DNA from: Squalus acanthias
Taxonomy: Eukaryota
Length of the DNA: 64,000 nucleotides
Direction: 5' to 3'
Assembly: GCA_030390025.1 (NCBI GenBank)
Contig: JASTWF010000036.1
Span: forward strand, 3,970,001-4,034,000
Position numbers and translations under genes: made by a program. Positions 12,206 through 24,208 of the stretch are shown here, one piece after another; the first letter of the stretch is position 1; each line of letters opens with the position of its first letter. Under the pieces are notes generated by a model, which saw only the letters and a program-made list of their open reading frames with translations, was not told the DNA's origin and searched no databases.

Positions 12206-13199
12206 ATGAGGTAGAGTCCCTGCTTCCGATTTCTATCCAATGGCTTTTATTTGAATGTATGTGCAAAGGTTGGCCAAGGACAAGATTGGCTCCGCTGTGC
12301 TGCCAACATAGTTGAATAACTCGGCGACACGCACTGCTGAGATGTGTACACAAAGAATGGTTATATGGGTGAGGCATTGGAAGGCAGGTGGTGGCATGAA
12401 ACTTTAGCTAGTGAAGGATTCTGGACTTTTCATTGTACATAGAAACATAGAAGATAGGAGCAGGAGTAGGCCATTCGGCCCCTCGAGCCTGCTCCGCCAT
12501 TTAATGCGATCATGGCTGATCATCCAAATTCAGTACCCTGTCCCTGCTTTCTCCCCATATCCCTTGATACCTTTAGCTTTAAGAAATATATCTAACTCAT
12601 TCTTGAATATATTTAATGACTTGGCCTCAACTACCTTCTGTGGTAGAGAATTCCACAGGTTCACCACTCTCTGGGTGAAGAAATTCTTCCTCATTTCTGT
12701 CCTAAATGGCTTACCCCTTATCCTTAGATTATGACCCCTGGTTCTGGACTCTCCGACCATCGGGAACATTCTTCCTGCATCTAGTTTGTCCAGACCTGTC
12801 AGAATTTTATATGTTTCGATGAGATCCCCTCTCATTCTTCTATACTCCAGCGAGTATAAGACCCAATCTCTCCTCATATGTCATTCCTGCCATCCCAGGT
12901 ATCAGCCTTGTGAATCTTCGCTGAACTCCTTCCATGGCAAGAACATCCTTCCTCAGATAAGGCGACCAAAACTGCACACAGTACTCAAGGTGTGGTCTCA
13001 CCAAGGCCCTGTACAACTGCAGCAGGACATCCCTGTTCCTATACTCAAACCCTTTCGCTATGAAGGCCAACATACCATTTGCCTTCTTCACCGCCTGCTA
13101 CACCTGCATGCTTACCTTCAGCGACTGGTGCACAAGGACACCCAGGTCTCGTTGCACTTCCCCTTCTCCCAATCTATTGCCATTCAGATAATAGTCTGC

Positions 13200-13393
13200 T
13201 GTCGTAAGAATGAGCCTTACGCGTGGTGAACTTAAAGTAAGCTTTAATCAACTAAAAAGGTGCTACATACAAAAGAGGTCTTACTCTATGCCTCTCCCGG
13301 ATCCAACTGATCAGCCCAGTATTTATCCTGGACTAATCACAGGAAGTGATGTCATAAAGTTCAAGTCACAGGAAGCTGTATTGTGTTACCACA
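13200..13393 (-). repeat. 3' LTR (194 bp)
   Basis: Identical to 17486-17679; preceded on minus strand by a polypurine tract (G-run + AGAA). Confidence 0.95.
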
Positions 13394-13456
13394 TTCTCCC
13401 CCCCCAAAAGATTAGGAGGCCGGGATGAAGTTCGAGTCACAGGAAGCTGTATTGTG

Positions 13457-16400
13457 TTACCACATTCTCCCTCCATTTCGTAGCCGCTGGACGAGGGAGA
13501 GCCGCACCCGTTTGGGTTCTCGTAGCGGTAGAGGGCCCCTAGCCCGTTTACCCGCCGCGGGCCGTGGACCAGAGTCCGAGTGATCCAGCCCGCTCTGTGA
13601 GGGGTCAGGATGATCCTGACTGTGTACTGGTGCCCGAACGGGTGTCGGGCAGGGCTGTGGCAGATCCGTTTCCGAGCGTATGGTACGGGGTGGATCGTGG
13701 CTGCGCGTGCGAGCCCCGACGGGCTCATAGTCAGTCTGCCCCAGGTCGGCACGCTGGAGTGAGGTACCAGCCGGCGTCAGATCCAGATCGTGATGAGAGG
13801 CACCTGGCGAGCCCAGAGATGTGCCTGGTACAATATCATCCCCTGGTGTCCCTCTATGTTTCGGCGGGCAGGGAGCCAGATCCCGCAATGACACGGTAGA
13901 TTCCCGACCGTCAGGATACCGAATATAGGCGTAGGTAGGGTTGACGTCAGTGAGCTCAACCTCATCTACCAGGGGGTCATTCTTAGACGCCCGAACATAT
14001 CTTCGGAGTAGCACTGGTCCCGGTGCAGTCAGCCACGACGGGAGAGATATCCCATAGGATGAGCGACGCTGAAATCGGAAGAACCGTTCATGAGGCGTCG
14101 TATTTGTGGCGGTCGAAAGGAGGGACCGTGTGGAGTGTAATGCGTCTGGAAGTACTGCTTCCCATTGCTGGTTGGGTAGGCCCCGAGATCTCAAAGCCAG
14201 ACGTACCGCATTCCAGATGATAGCGTTAAAACGCTCGACTTGCCCATTCCCGACCGGATGATAAGGCGTCGTTCTGCTGGCAGCAATACCCCGTTCCGAG
14301 AGATAGGCCTTGAGTTCTCCTGACATAAAAGAAGGGCCCCGATCCGAATGAACATAGGATGCCATGCCACAGAAAGCAAATACCTGCTCAAGGCAGCTGA
14401 TAACCGTGGTCGTCAGCATATTGGGGCAGGGAAAGGCAAACGGAAAACGGGAATACTCATCGACCATGGTCAATAGATAAGTGTTGCGAGTTGAAGAGGG
14501 CAACGGCCCCTTAAAATCGATGCTAAGCCGTTGCATTGGCTGGGTCGCATGTATGAGTATACCACCCGAGGGGCGGAAAAACTGAGGTTTCAATTCCGCA
14601 CAGACTCTGCAGTCCGAGCACATCTTCTTTACATCCCCGGTAGAGAATGGGAGATTTCGGGACCGCACGAAGTGTAGCATGCGAGTAACGCCCGGATGAC
14701 ACAACCCATCATGGATGTCTACGAGCGTAGAGGGTGCCATGGCGGAGCAGAATGCTCGTGTGAGGGTATCCGGAGCCACATTCTCCTTGCCAGGTCGATA
14801 GTGGATGGTGTAACCAAAAGAGGCCAATTCCAGCCGCCAAAGCTGGATTTTATTATTTTTAATTTTGGTCCGTTTTCGATTATCGAGCATGAAGGCGACC
14901 GATCGCTGGTCCGTGATTAAGGTAAAGTGCTGGCGAGCTAGGAGATGAGTCCACTTCCGTACTGCCTCTATGATGGCTGTAGCTTCTTTCTCGACTGGAG
15001 GATAATGTAGCTCAGCCCCTTGAAAAGTCCTGGACAAAAATGCCACCGGACGACCTTCCTGATTCAGAGTGGCCGAGATCGCCACCTCCGAGGCATCACA
15101 CTCAACAACAAAAGGAAGACTCTCATCGATGGAGTGAAGAGCCGCTTTCTCCAACTGTTTTTTCAGGAGGTTAAAGGCTGCAACAGCCGCTGTGTCTAGT
15201 GGGAATGTGCTGGCCTTCAGTAGAGGTTGGATTCGGTCCGAGAAGTTAGGAATTCATTTAGCATAGTATGCAAACAGGCCGAGGGCCCGGCGCAAGGAGG
15301 CCGGATTCTTAGGTGGCGGGAGTTCTTGGAGTGGGCGAAGCCTTTCAGGGTCAGGTTTAATGATGCCATTGCCCACACAATAGCCAAGGATGTTGATGGT
15401 TGGTTGTGACTCAATGGATTTAGCCGCATTTAATGTCAAATTACGGTGCTGGAGTGCATCCCAAAATCGTTGGAGATTGGCGTCATGTTCCCGCTGATTG
15501 CGACCTGCGACAGTAATATTGTCCAGATAAGGAAACGTATCCTTTAAGTCTTCCTGTTTGACCAGGTCATCCATTGCTCGCTGGAAGACAGCCACTCCAT
15601 TAGTGACCCCAAAGGGGAGGCGACGAAATTGATACAGCCGTCCATTGGCTTCAAAGGCCGTATACTGCTTGTCTGAGACCTTCAAGGGTACCTGATGATA
15701 GGCACTTTTCAGATCATATGTTGAGAACACCGTGTACTCAGCCAGTTTATTAACCATATCATCGATGCGCGGCAATGGGTATGCGTCCAAGTCCGTATAT
15801 TGATTGATGGTCTGTGAATAGTCAATGCACAGCCGTTTCTTGTGAGGTTGTAGAGGGTTCTTAACAATAACGACCTGGGCGCGCCATGGCGACGAACAAG
15901 GCTCGATGATATCCTCTGCTAAAAGCCGAGAAATCTCAGCCGCAATAAAAGACTGGTCTTCCTGACTGAAACGTCGTGACTTTGTTATAATCGGTTTGCA
16001 TCGAGGAGGGATACTGGTAAACAGTGAGGGTTCATCCAGTGAAGCTGCTGACAATGCACAGAACGGTAATCGAGGTCGTATATTAGAAATAGTGAGTTCA
16101 GGTTTGGATCCGCCGAACTCAATGGTGAGCTTCTTATGCTGCTTTTGAAAATCTAGCCCTAAGATAAGATCACTACATAAGTCCTTGAGCACCGAAAGCC
16201 GGGTGGAGGGATACCTGTGACCATTAAGTGTTATTTCAACCATACAAAAGCCAGAAATTCTGGTATTAAGTGATGACTGAGCCATCGCAATTGCCTGGTC
16301 CGATGGGAAAACATGTAGCTTTAACTCTGCAACAATCTGTTCCCTAATGAAACTATCAGTGCTACCTGAGTCAATTAAGGCATCTAAAGTATGTCCATTA

Positions 16401-17407
16401 ATTGATGCTTTTGTAGCTGCATGGAATAGGTTCTGAGGACAAGCAGCTGTAATTGGTGTCGTTGCACAAAGAGTGGCTGAAACTCTAGGTGTGTTTCTTC
16501 GAGAGAAAACCCGAGAGGAAGCACGATAGATTTTAGCCGGAACATCTTGATAGGCCCTTACCGGGGCAGTTCGGTAGGACTTAGCTTGATAAGCCCTCGT
16601 AGAGGCTCTTGATAGGCAAACCTTTGCAAAATGACCCTTTTTGTTGCAATGACTGCAAAACGCATTGCGAGCAGGGCAGAATTTCCGAGGGTGAAACTCA
16701 TCACCACAAAAGAAGCATTTCTTAGATTGCCAAGAGGCTGCCACAGTGGGGTCATCATCCTCTTCATCAGTGAAGTCATCAGATTGATCGTCAGGGATAA
16801 AGTCCTCCCTAATAGAGTTCACCTGTGGCCTCTTAAATTGCCTGACTGTAGTTAAGGCAGCAGACCGAGGTCTGGGCACTGTATAAAGGTCTGTATTTCT
16901 TTTTGCCAGATCCAGAGAGCAAGCCATGTCATAAGCTCTCTGAAGCTCAAGTGTCTTACTTTCCAGTAGACGCTGGCGTATAAATGGGGAGGCAAGCCCG
17001 CAGATGAAAGCATCACGGATCATTTCTTCACGGTACAGCTCAGCTGAGGCCGCCTGAAAGTTACAGTCCATACTAAGTCTGCGAAGCTCTTGGAGGAATT
17101 TATCAATGGATTCCTCCGGCCCTTGTTGGGCTGTAGCTAGTAGATGTCTGGCATAGACCTCATTCGGTGTCTTAGTATATAGTCTTTTAAGCGTCCGAAT
17201 TGCCTCCTCGTAACTGCCCCATTCCTCGACATACTGAAATACATTCGGGGTGACACAGTTGATGAGTATCCGCAATTTTGAGTCATCATCAGCCTTGCAA
17301 TAGTCGAGAAAATTGTCAAACGTGCGATACCAGTGTTTCCACACCTTACCGGCTGCTGGGGTGTTTGGGTCCAAGTCAAGACGCGATGGTTTAAGGATGT
17401 TTTCCAT
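13457..17407 (-). pseudogene. Gypsy gag-pol polyprotein, single frame with one in-frame TGA at 15254-15256
   Basis: Gag CCHC (CFFCGDEFHPRKFC, CSHCNKKGHFAKVC), protease LIDSGS, RT LPFGVTNG/YLDN, RNase H CDAS..EKEA..TDQ, integrase HHCC + IDFKGP/SDRG/VERFN; ORFs 15254-17407 and 13457-15154 are in the same frame. Confidence 0.93.
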
Positions 17408-17485
17408 GATGGGTGATTCCCTGGATCCTTAGTTCCGAGTTCGTCCAAAAAGTTTGAGTGCGAAGTTTTTCAAAGTTGATTAAAT

Positions 17486-17679
17486 TGTCGTAAGAATGAG
17501 CCTTACGCGTGGTGAACTTAAAGTAAGCTTTAATCAACTAAAAAGGTGCTACATACAAAAGAGGTCTTACTCTATGCCTCTCCCGGATCCAACTGATCAG
17601 CCCAGTATTTATCCTGGACTAATCACAGGAAGTGATGTCATAAAGTTCAAGTCACAGGAAGCTGTATTGTGTTACCACA
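17486..17679 (-). repeat. 5' LTR (194 bp)
   Basis: Identical to 13200-13393; minus strand has GATAAATA (TATA-like) and ATTAAA. Confidence 0.95.
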
Positions 17680-19119
17680 TCTGCCTTTCTGTTTTTGACA
17701 CCAAAGTGGATAACCTCGCATTTATCCACATTATATTGCATCTGCCACGCTTCTGCCCACTCACCCAACCTGTCCAAATCATACTGGAGTTTCTCGGTAT
17801 CCTCCTCACAGCACACACGCCCATCCAGCTTTGTGTCATCTGCAAACTTGGAGATATTACATTTAGTTCCCTTATCTAGATCATTAATGTATATTGTGAA
17901 TAGCTGGGGTCCAAGGACCGATCCCTGTGCTACCCCACTAGTCACTGCCTGCCACTCGGAAAAAGACCCATTAATTCCTACTCTCTGCTTTCTGTCCGCC
18001 AACCAGTTCTCTATCCAAGTCAATACCTTGCCCCCAATCCCATGTGCCTTAACTTTACATGCTAATCTCTTATGCGGGACCTTATCGAAAGCTTTTGAAA
18101 GTCCAAATACACCACATCTACTGGTTCTCCCTTGTCTATTTTCCCAGTTACATCCTCAAAAAATTCCAGTAGATTAGCCAAGCACGATTTACCTTTTGTA
18201 AATCCATGTTGACTTTGTCCGATCCTGTCACTGTTTTTCAAGTGCTCTGCTATTACATCCTTTTAATGGACTCTAGCACTTTCCCCACTACCGATGTCTG
18301 TAATTCCCCACTTTCTCTCTACCACCCTTTTTTGAATAGTGGGGTAACACTTTTGATACTTGTGGACTTTTGATACTTGTTTTAAAAGAATGGGCTTGAA
18401 ACCCTCGATGTCTTGGTCAAAGAACACAGAAGTGTCAGCTTGGCCAAACACAGGATGCATGATGGTCTTTGCTTATAGTCCAGGATGCTAAGAGAGAGGA
18501 ACGTATGTTGTCAGCAAGATTGAATGGTGCCTTCAGATAAAAGCTGACCAGGAGAAACAATGCTGACAGTTGCAGAGATAAAGAAACAAAGCCTGAAAAC
18601 TGATCAAAGATTCTTTGATGTTTGAAACACCCCACGAACGGTATGATAATTAAACAGCAGATTTTGGAAAGAAAATTGACCCCATTCTACAAGGGTTTTC
18701 AGGAGAACCACATGCGTTGTCAGGACAAGACAGTGTAGGAGAGGAACCATCTTCATCTCCCAGGACAAAGAACTTGCTCAACTCTTTGTCCTGAGTTGTA
18801 CTCGCTAGAAAAAAGGTTGTATGAAAAATTACTACTTTCTTTCTGGTACAGATTGTCGCGTTGTATGTCAAATTAAATTCTTGAAAGTTAGATAATAACT
18901 AGTGTCTCGCTTGACCTTTGAACTTTTGTATTCTGAACAAGAGAGGAAAGAAATCTTACACCAGCAAGTATCAGGAGAGAAGGTGGAGAATAATTGAAAA
19001 GGTAAAGTAAATAAATAAAATGGACTCTCCACCACCCTTGCTTTTGTTGAGAAATCAATGCCAGTGTTCCAGGACCACTGGACCACTGATTGTCTTATTG
19101 ACTGAAGAGACAACAATAC

Positions 19120-19665
19120 AAGGCGTCATGAGGGAAAACATTTTTACGCAACGAGTGGTTAGGATTTGGAAAGCGCTGCCTGATAGGGTGGTGGATGCAG
19201 ATTGCATGCTCTAATTCTGCCCTCCTGAGCATCCCTGATTATAATTGCTCCACCATTGGTGGCCGTGCCTTCAGCTGCCTGGGCCCCAAACTCTGGAACT
19301 CCCTCCCTAAACCTCTCTACCTCTCTCTCCTCCTTTAAGACTCTCCTGAAAACCTACCTCTTTGACCAAGCTTTTGGTCACCTGCCCCAGTTTATTCATC
19401 TGTGGCTCGGTGTCAAATTTTTTGTCTTGAAATATTCCTGTGAAGCGCCTTGGGACGTTTTACTACGTTAAAGGCGCTATATAAATGCAAGTTGTTATTG
19501 AATAGCAGCTTTCAAAAGGGAATTGGATAAATACTTGAAGGAGAAAATTTACAGGGATGTGGGGAAAGAGCGGAGGAGTGGGACTAACTGGATCGCTCTT
19601 CGAAAGAGCCGGCACAGACTCGATGGGCTGAATGGCCTCCTGTTCTATTCACTATTCTATGATAC
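19120..19665 (+). mobile_element. CR1 3' fragment with nested L2 3' fragment (~19208-19500)
   Basis: FTQRVVRIWKALPDRVV then L2 tail (…AAAGGCGCTATATAAATGCAAGTTG) then CR1 resumes with FKRELDKYLKE. Confidence 0.75.
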
Positions 19666-20429
19666 TAACATTCTATGCAGACAAGTTCGGCAAGGAGAGC
19701 TATTTAAGTGTGTGCGTCATGAGGCTGAGGGACATAAAACATTGACTGATCGGCTGTCAGGAAAGAAAGTGCAGCAAGTGTTGGGATGTACAAAACCTGG
19801 TATTTTGTCTCTTTATTGGCCTTGGCATGCCAAGAAGATTGCAGTCCCTGCGTTCTGACTGCTATTTCTGCAGCGTCACCAAACAGTGGGACCTCAGTAT
19901 ATCATACAAGCGCTGTTGTATGTCGAAAGAGAGCAGATTTAAAAAAAAAATCCTGTGGTAAGGCTCGGATGGTTCACTAATGCACGGAAATATTATTTCC
20001 TCATTAAGGGGTGAAATCATGCTGGGGATTGCAGGCTGTCAATGGAATTGACACAGTCTCCTGAGGCTATGTTTGAAACCAGTTGGAATGCACTCTCTTT
20101 CCAACCAATTTTCAAAATGCTACAACAGCAAAAGAACAAAACCATGGCCGGTAGAATCTCAGAGCAAATCCTCGATGGGTATTTTTCCGACTTTGGCTTT
20201 TAACTACATTAAGTTACATTGGTGCATCAGCTGAAGCTCAGCCAGCTCTCAAACAAGGACAATGATTCCTCATGTAATTGGTTAATGTCAAGGTACTTGA
20301 TGAGGGGGGTGAATGAAGACAAATAAAACTACCAAGTAAACTCTGGCATTTCTCTGATTTCCAAAGGTAGTTAAGTGAATTCCTTATTTATTCATTCTCA
20401 AAATGTGGGCAAGGATGGCATTTATTTTT

Positions 20430-20970
20430 ATTATTCATTCATGGGATGTGGGCGTCGCTGGCAAGGCCAGCATTTATTGCCCATCCCTAATTACCCTTGA
20501 GAAGGTGGTGGTGAGCCGCCTTCTTGAACCGCTGCAGTCCGTGTGGTGATGGTGCTCCCACAGTGCTGTTAGGGAGGGAGTTCCAGGATTTTGACCCAGC
20601 GACGATGAAGGAATGGTGATATATTTCCAAGTCAGGATGGTGTGTGACTTGGAGGGGAACTTGGAGGTGGTGGTGTTCCCATGCACCTGCTGCCCTTGTC
20701 CTTCTAGGTGGAAGAGGTCGCGTGTTTGGGAGGTGCTGCCGAAGAAGCCTTGGCGAGTTGCTGCAGTGCATCTTGTAGATGGTACACACTGCAGCCACGG
20801 TACGCTGGTGGTGGAGGGAGTGAATGTTTAAGGTGGTGGATGGGGTGCCCATCAAGCGGGCTGCTTTGTCCTGATGGTGTCGAGCTTCTTGAGTGTTGTT
20901 GGAGCTGCACTCATCCAGGCAAGTGGAGAGTATTCCATCACACTCCTTACTTGTGCCTTGTAGATGTTGG
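20430..20970 (-). mobile_element. LINE family B 3' fragment
   Basis: ORF 20487-20975, same peptide and tail as other copies. Confidence 0.85.
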
Positions 20971-21344
20971 AACATCCCACATCCCAGGAACGAATATTAA
21001 AAAAAATGAAGGAAATGTTAGCAAGGGTGTAGCAAGAAAGGTAGAAGTGAAAATAGCAGGGTTTCCTCAAATTACCTTACACACGACATGATGGGAAATA
21101 GAATGCACTGCAAGAAGTAATTTCTATCGTCAAATCACCCTGATTTAATTCACGTTGCACTTATGTTTAAAGGACCGATTTACACATCAGCATAAATTGA
21201 AAGGCTGGTGGACCATCCCACCAGAAATGTCTCACTGAATATGAGGAGCGAATAGTGGATTTTTTCAGTAGGAAAGCTCTGAAAGGCAGTGGGACTGTGG
21301 ATTTTGGAGCCCAGTACCAGTATCAGCCCTGGCTCAAAGGTAGC

Positions 21345-21872
21345 AACAACAACAACTTGCATTTATATAGCGCCTTTAACGTAGTAAAAAGGTCCCAAGG
21401 TGCTTCACAGGAGCGTTATCAAACCAAACAGACAAAAGTCTGAGTATCTGCACCAAAGTCCGTAAACTTGAGGTCATCCAAAACTCGGCTGCCCGTGTCC
21501 TAACCCGCACCAAGTCCCATTCACCCATCACCCCCTGTGCTCGCTGACCTACATAGGCTCCCAGTCCAGCAACACCTCGATTTTAAAATTCCCATCCTTG
21601 TTTTCAAATCCCTCCACGGCCTCACCCCCTCCCTATCTCTGTAACCTCCTCCAGCCGTACAACCCTCCGAGATCTCTGCGCTCCTCCAATTCTGGCCTCT
21701 TGCGCATCCCCGATTTTAATCGCTCCACCATTGGTGGCCGTGCCTTCAGCTGCCTGGGCCCTAAGCTCTGGAATTCCCTCCCTAAACCTCTCCGCCTCAC
21801 TACCTCTCTCCTCCTTTAAGACGCTCCTTAAAACCTACTTCTTTGACCAAGCTTTTTGTCACCTGCCCTAAT
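21345..21872. mobile_element. L2 fragments (minus-strand tail 21345-21440; plus-strand 3' ORF2 ~21460-21872)
   Basis: YLCNLLQPYNPPRSLRSSNSGLLRIPDFNRSTIGGRAFSCLGPKLWNSLP. Confidence 0.8.
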
Positions 21873-22484
21873 TTTGTATGTTTAAATGAGTTTAAAATCT
21901 AGTTTACACCATTAACCGTTGCACACTAAGGTAATGAATGGAAAAGCAAAACTCAAGAAGTCTGATCATTCGGAGCCCTAAACACGAACTAGGCAGCGCT
22001 CTAAATAATATGTGGTTTCGAGACATGGGAAATAAGCTGGGCTCATGTTATGTGCCTTCAGCGCACACCATTACTGGAAGAAGGGCTGCTGATCCTGATT
22101 GTACCAGTAGGTGTCAGTGATGCATAATCTTTGTAAAAGTCAAAACTTCACAAGACAGAAACAGTCGCAAGAGTTAGAGAATGTCTTCACTCGTTACAGT
22201 TTTCAACGTGCAGTCGAGTGTTAATAATCACGTTAAAAAAAATTCAGTTATGTTTGAAAGTCAAGTGATGACACATTGTGCGCGCCAACTGGACTGGGTC
22301 ATCTTTGGGTCATTACTCTCACCTCCAGGCCAGGAGGTCGGAGGTTCAAGTCCCACGAATGAGTTTGCGCACATAATCTAGGCTGGCACTTGAGTGCAAT
22401 ACTGAGGGAGCGTGGCACTGTCTTTTGTATGAGCTGCTGTCGATAATTTGGGTGGATGTCATAAGAGCTGCAATGGGAAAGAAA

Positions 22485-22860
22485 GTACTTGCATTTATAT
22501 AGTGCTTATCACATCCTCAGGACGTCCCAAGGCACTTTACAGCCAATCAGTTATTTTTGAAGTGGGGTCACTGTTATTGTAGCATAGCAAGCCAAGTTGT
22601 GCACAGCAAGGTCCCACAAAGGGCAAATGAGATGACTGAACAATGAATCTCTTTCTGGTGGGGTTGAGGAACCAATGATAGAAAAACTCTGCTCCTCTTT
22701 GCTTGTGTCATGGGGTCTTTTACATCCACCTGGGAGGACAGACGGGGCCTCGGTTTAACGTCTCGTCCGAAAGGCGGCACCTCTGACAGTGCAGCGCTCC
22801 CTCAGCACTACCCTGGAGTGTCAGCCCAGATAATGTTCTGGAGAGCGTCTTGAACCCACA
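22485..22860 (-). mobile_element. Deu-domain SINE
   Basis: Reverse complement of SINE body and tail. Confidence 0.8.
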
Positions 22861-23402
22861 TGGTTTGCACGGATGAATAAGATCAGCAGGATATGAACGC
22901 CACCCCCCCCGCCCCATCGCCACCCCCCCACCCCATCCCAGGACCCAGCCTCCGCTCCAGAGCACCATTTTACAGGTCAGCATCTCCATGGGGGGTCTAG
23001 TCGTTGATATCAATAATTATGCTTTGATCAGAAATTTTCTCCCTCGCAGTAGGAATTTGAATTCTGCGACAAACGATTACACATATGTTTCTGCGAGGAA
23101 TATTGGGACACAGAAAAAAACTCATTCTCGTTGCCTTCCCATGCACTCCTGCCATGGAGGGAGCGTGCTGGAAGGCCTGTGTCAATTTGGGGCCTAAATA
23201 TTTTTTCTTCTCAATGGTTATTTTTCACTGCTTGTGCCTCGCAGTTGTTACTGATACATTTTAAATTTGGTAGTTATGTGACAAGGGTTGTCATAGTTAT
23301 TGTAGTTCCTAAGGGTAGCTGGAAATGTCTGGTTCAGTCGAACATTCCTTTGCTACCTGGTTGTTGCAGTGCACTCTGGGCATTGGCAGGGGTCTGGCAA
23401 CT

Positions 23403-24208
23403 GGCTGGATTTTGCCAGCCCTGGGGAGGCGTGTTTGGAGGCGGGACTGCCGGGAAAATGGCAGAATCCCAACCCGCCTCCGTGCCATCTTGCCAGGAGG
23501 CGGGTAGCCGTCCCGCGCCAGGTCCCGTCTCCTTGGAGGCGGGAAGGGATTCCAGCCACTTATCTGCCTGTTAACAGGTAGTTAACAGGCAGATAAGAGG
23601 ATTATCCCCATTTTGCCCACACAAGTGCGGGCTTCCCGAAGGCTCCGAACCCCGCCAGGGTCAGCGAGGCGAGCAGTGGGTCTGCGGGGTGCAAAAGTGT
23701 GCTGTGGAGGTGAGTGATGGGTGCAAGTGTGGAGAGGTGAGTATGTGAGGTAAGTGCAAATGTTAGAAAAAGTTTACTTACCTTTGTTTCTTCCTGCAGG
23801 CTTCAATCGGTGGGTATGCGGAGAGTCTCGGACCTCCGCGGTAGAGATGACAGATGGCTGCTGCATTCTCCAATGCAGCAACCATCTTTCTACAAAAGAA
23901 AGAGGTTTGATGAGGTCTTGAATTCAAGAACTCATCAAACTACCGAGAATGTCAGTGTTTGACAGCTTCACAGAGCTGTCAAACGATGACAATTCATTTG
24001 TCAAAAATTTTTGACAGATGAAACGCTATACGTTGACGTTCTCTGTAACCGACTTTCCCTTAACTGGCCTGCTAAGCCCGCTGGGCGGGCTTAACAAGGT
24101 CAATCAAGGGAAAATAGCGTCGATTGGCCAGAAGTTGATGGAGGTGGGACTAAAACCCGACAAGTGGGAGTCCCGCCTCCAAAAGCTCCCCATTGGCAAA
24201 ATTCATCT
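23403..24208. mobile_element. Non-autonomous DNA transposon (Harbinger-like MITE) with internal hairpin array
   Basis: Imperfect TIRs GCTGGATTTTGCCA..TGGGGAG..TTTGGAGGCGGGACT / AGTCCCGCCTCCAAAAGCTCCCCATTGGCAAAATTCATC; termini resemble those of the Harbinger at 32389; no clean TSD seen. Confidence 0.7.

Larger units (their letters stand above)
13200..17679 (-). mobile_element. Complete Ty3/Gypsy LTR retrotransposon
   Basis: Two identical TGT...ACA LTRs, 5-bp TSD TCTGC (13195-13199 and 17680-17684), PPT next to the 3' LTR, gag-PR-RT-RH-IN order. Confidence 0.97.
12438..18350 (-). mobile_element. CR1 LINE (5'-truncated), split by the Gypsy insertion
   Basis: RT peptides QGSVLGPQLF/ISKFADDTK (17680-18050) continue into YYLNG...[13 protein letters not shown] and the 3' UTR (12438-13199). 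Confidence 0.9.

Noticed and set aside
15254..15256. Programmed stop-codon readthrough
   Set aside because: The stop lies at the end of the RT domain, not at the gag-pol boundary; a nonsense mutation is simpler
23818..24022. CRISPR repeats or integron attC-like sites
   Set aside because: The hairpins differ from each other in sequence, have no spacer/repeat periodicity, and no integrase or cas gene is present
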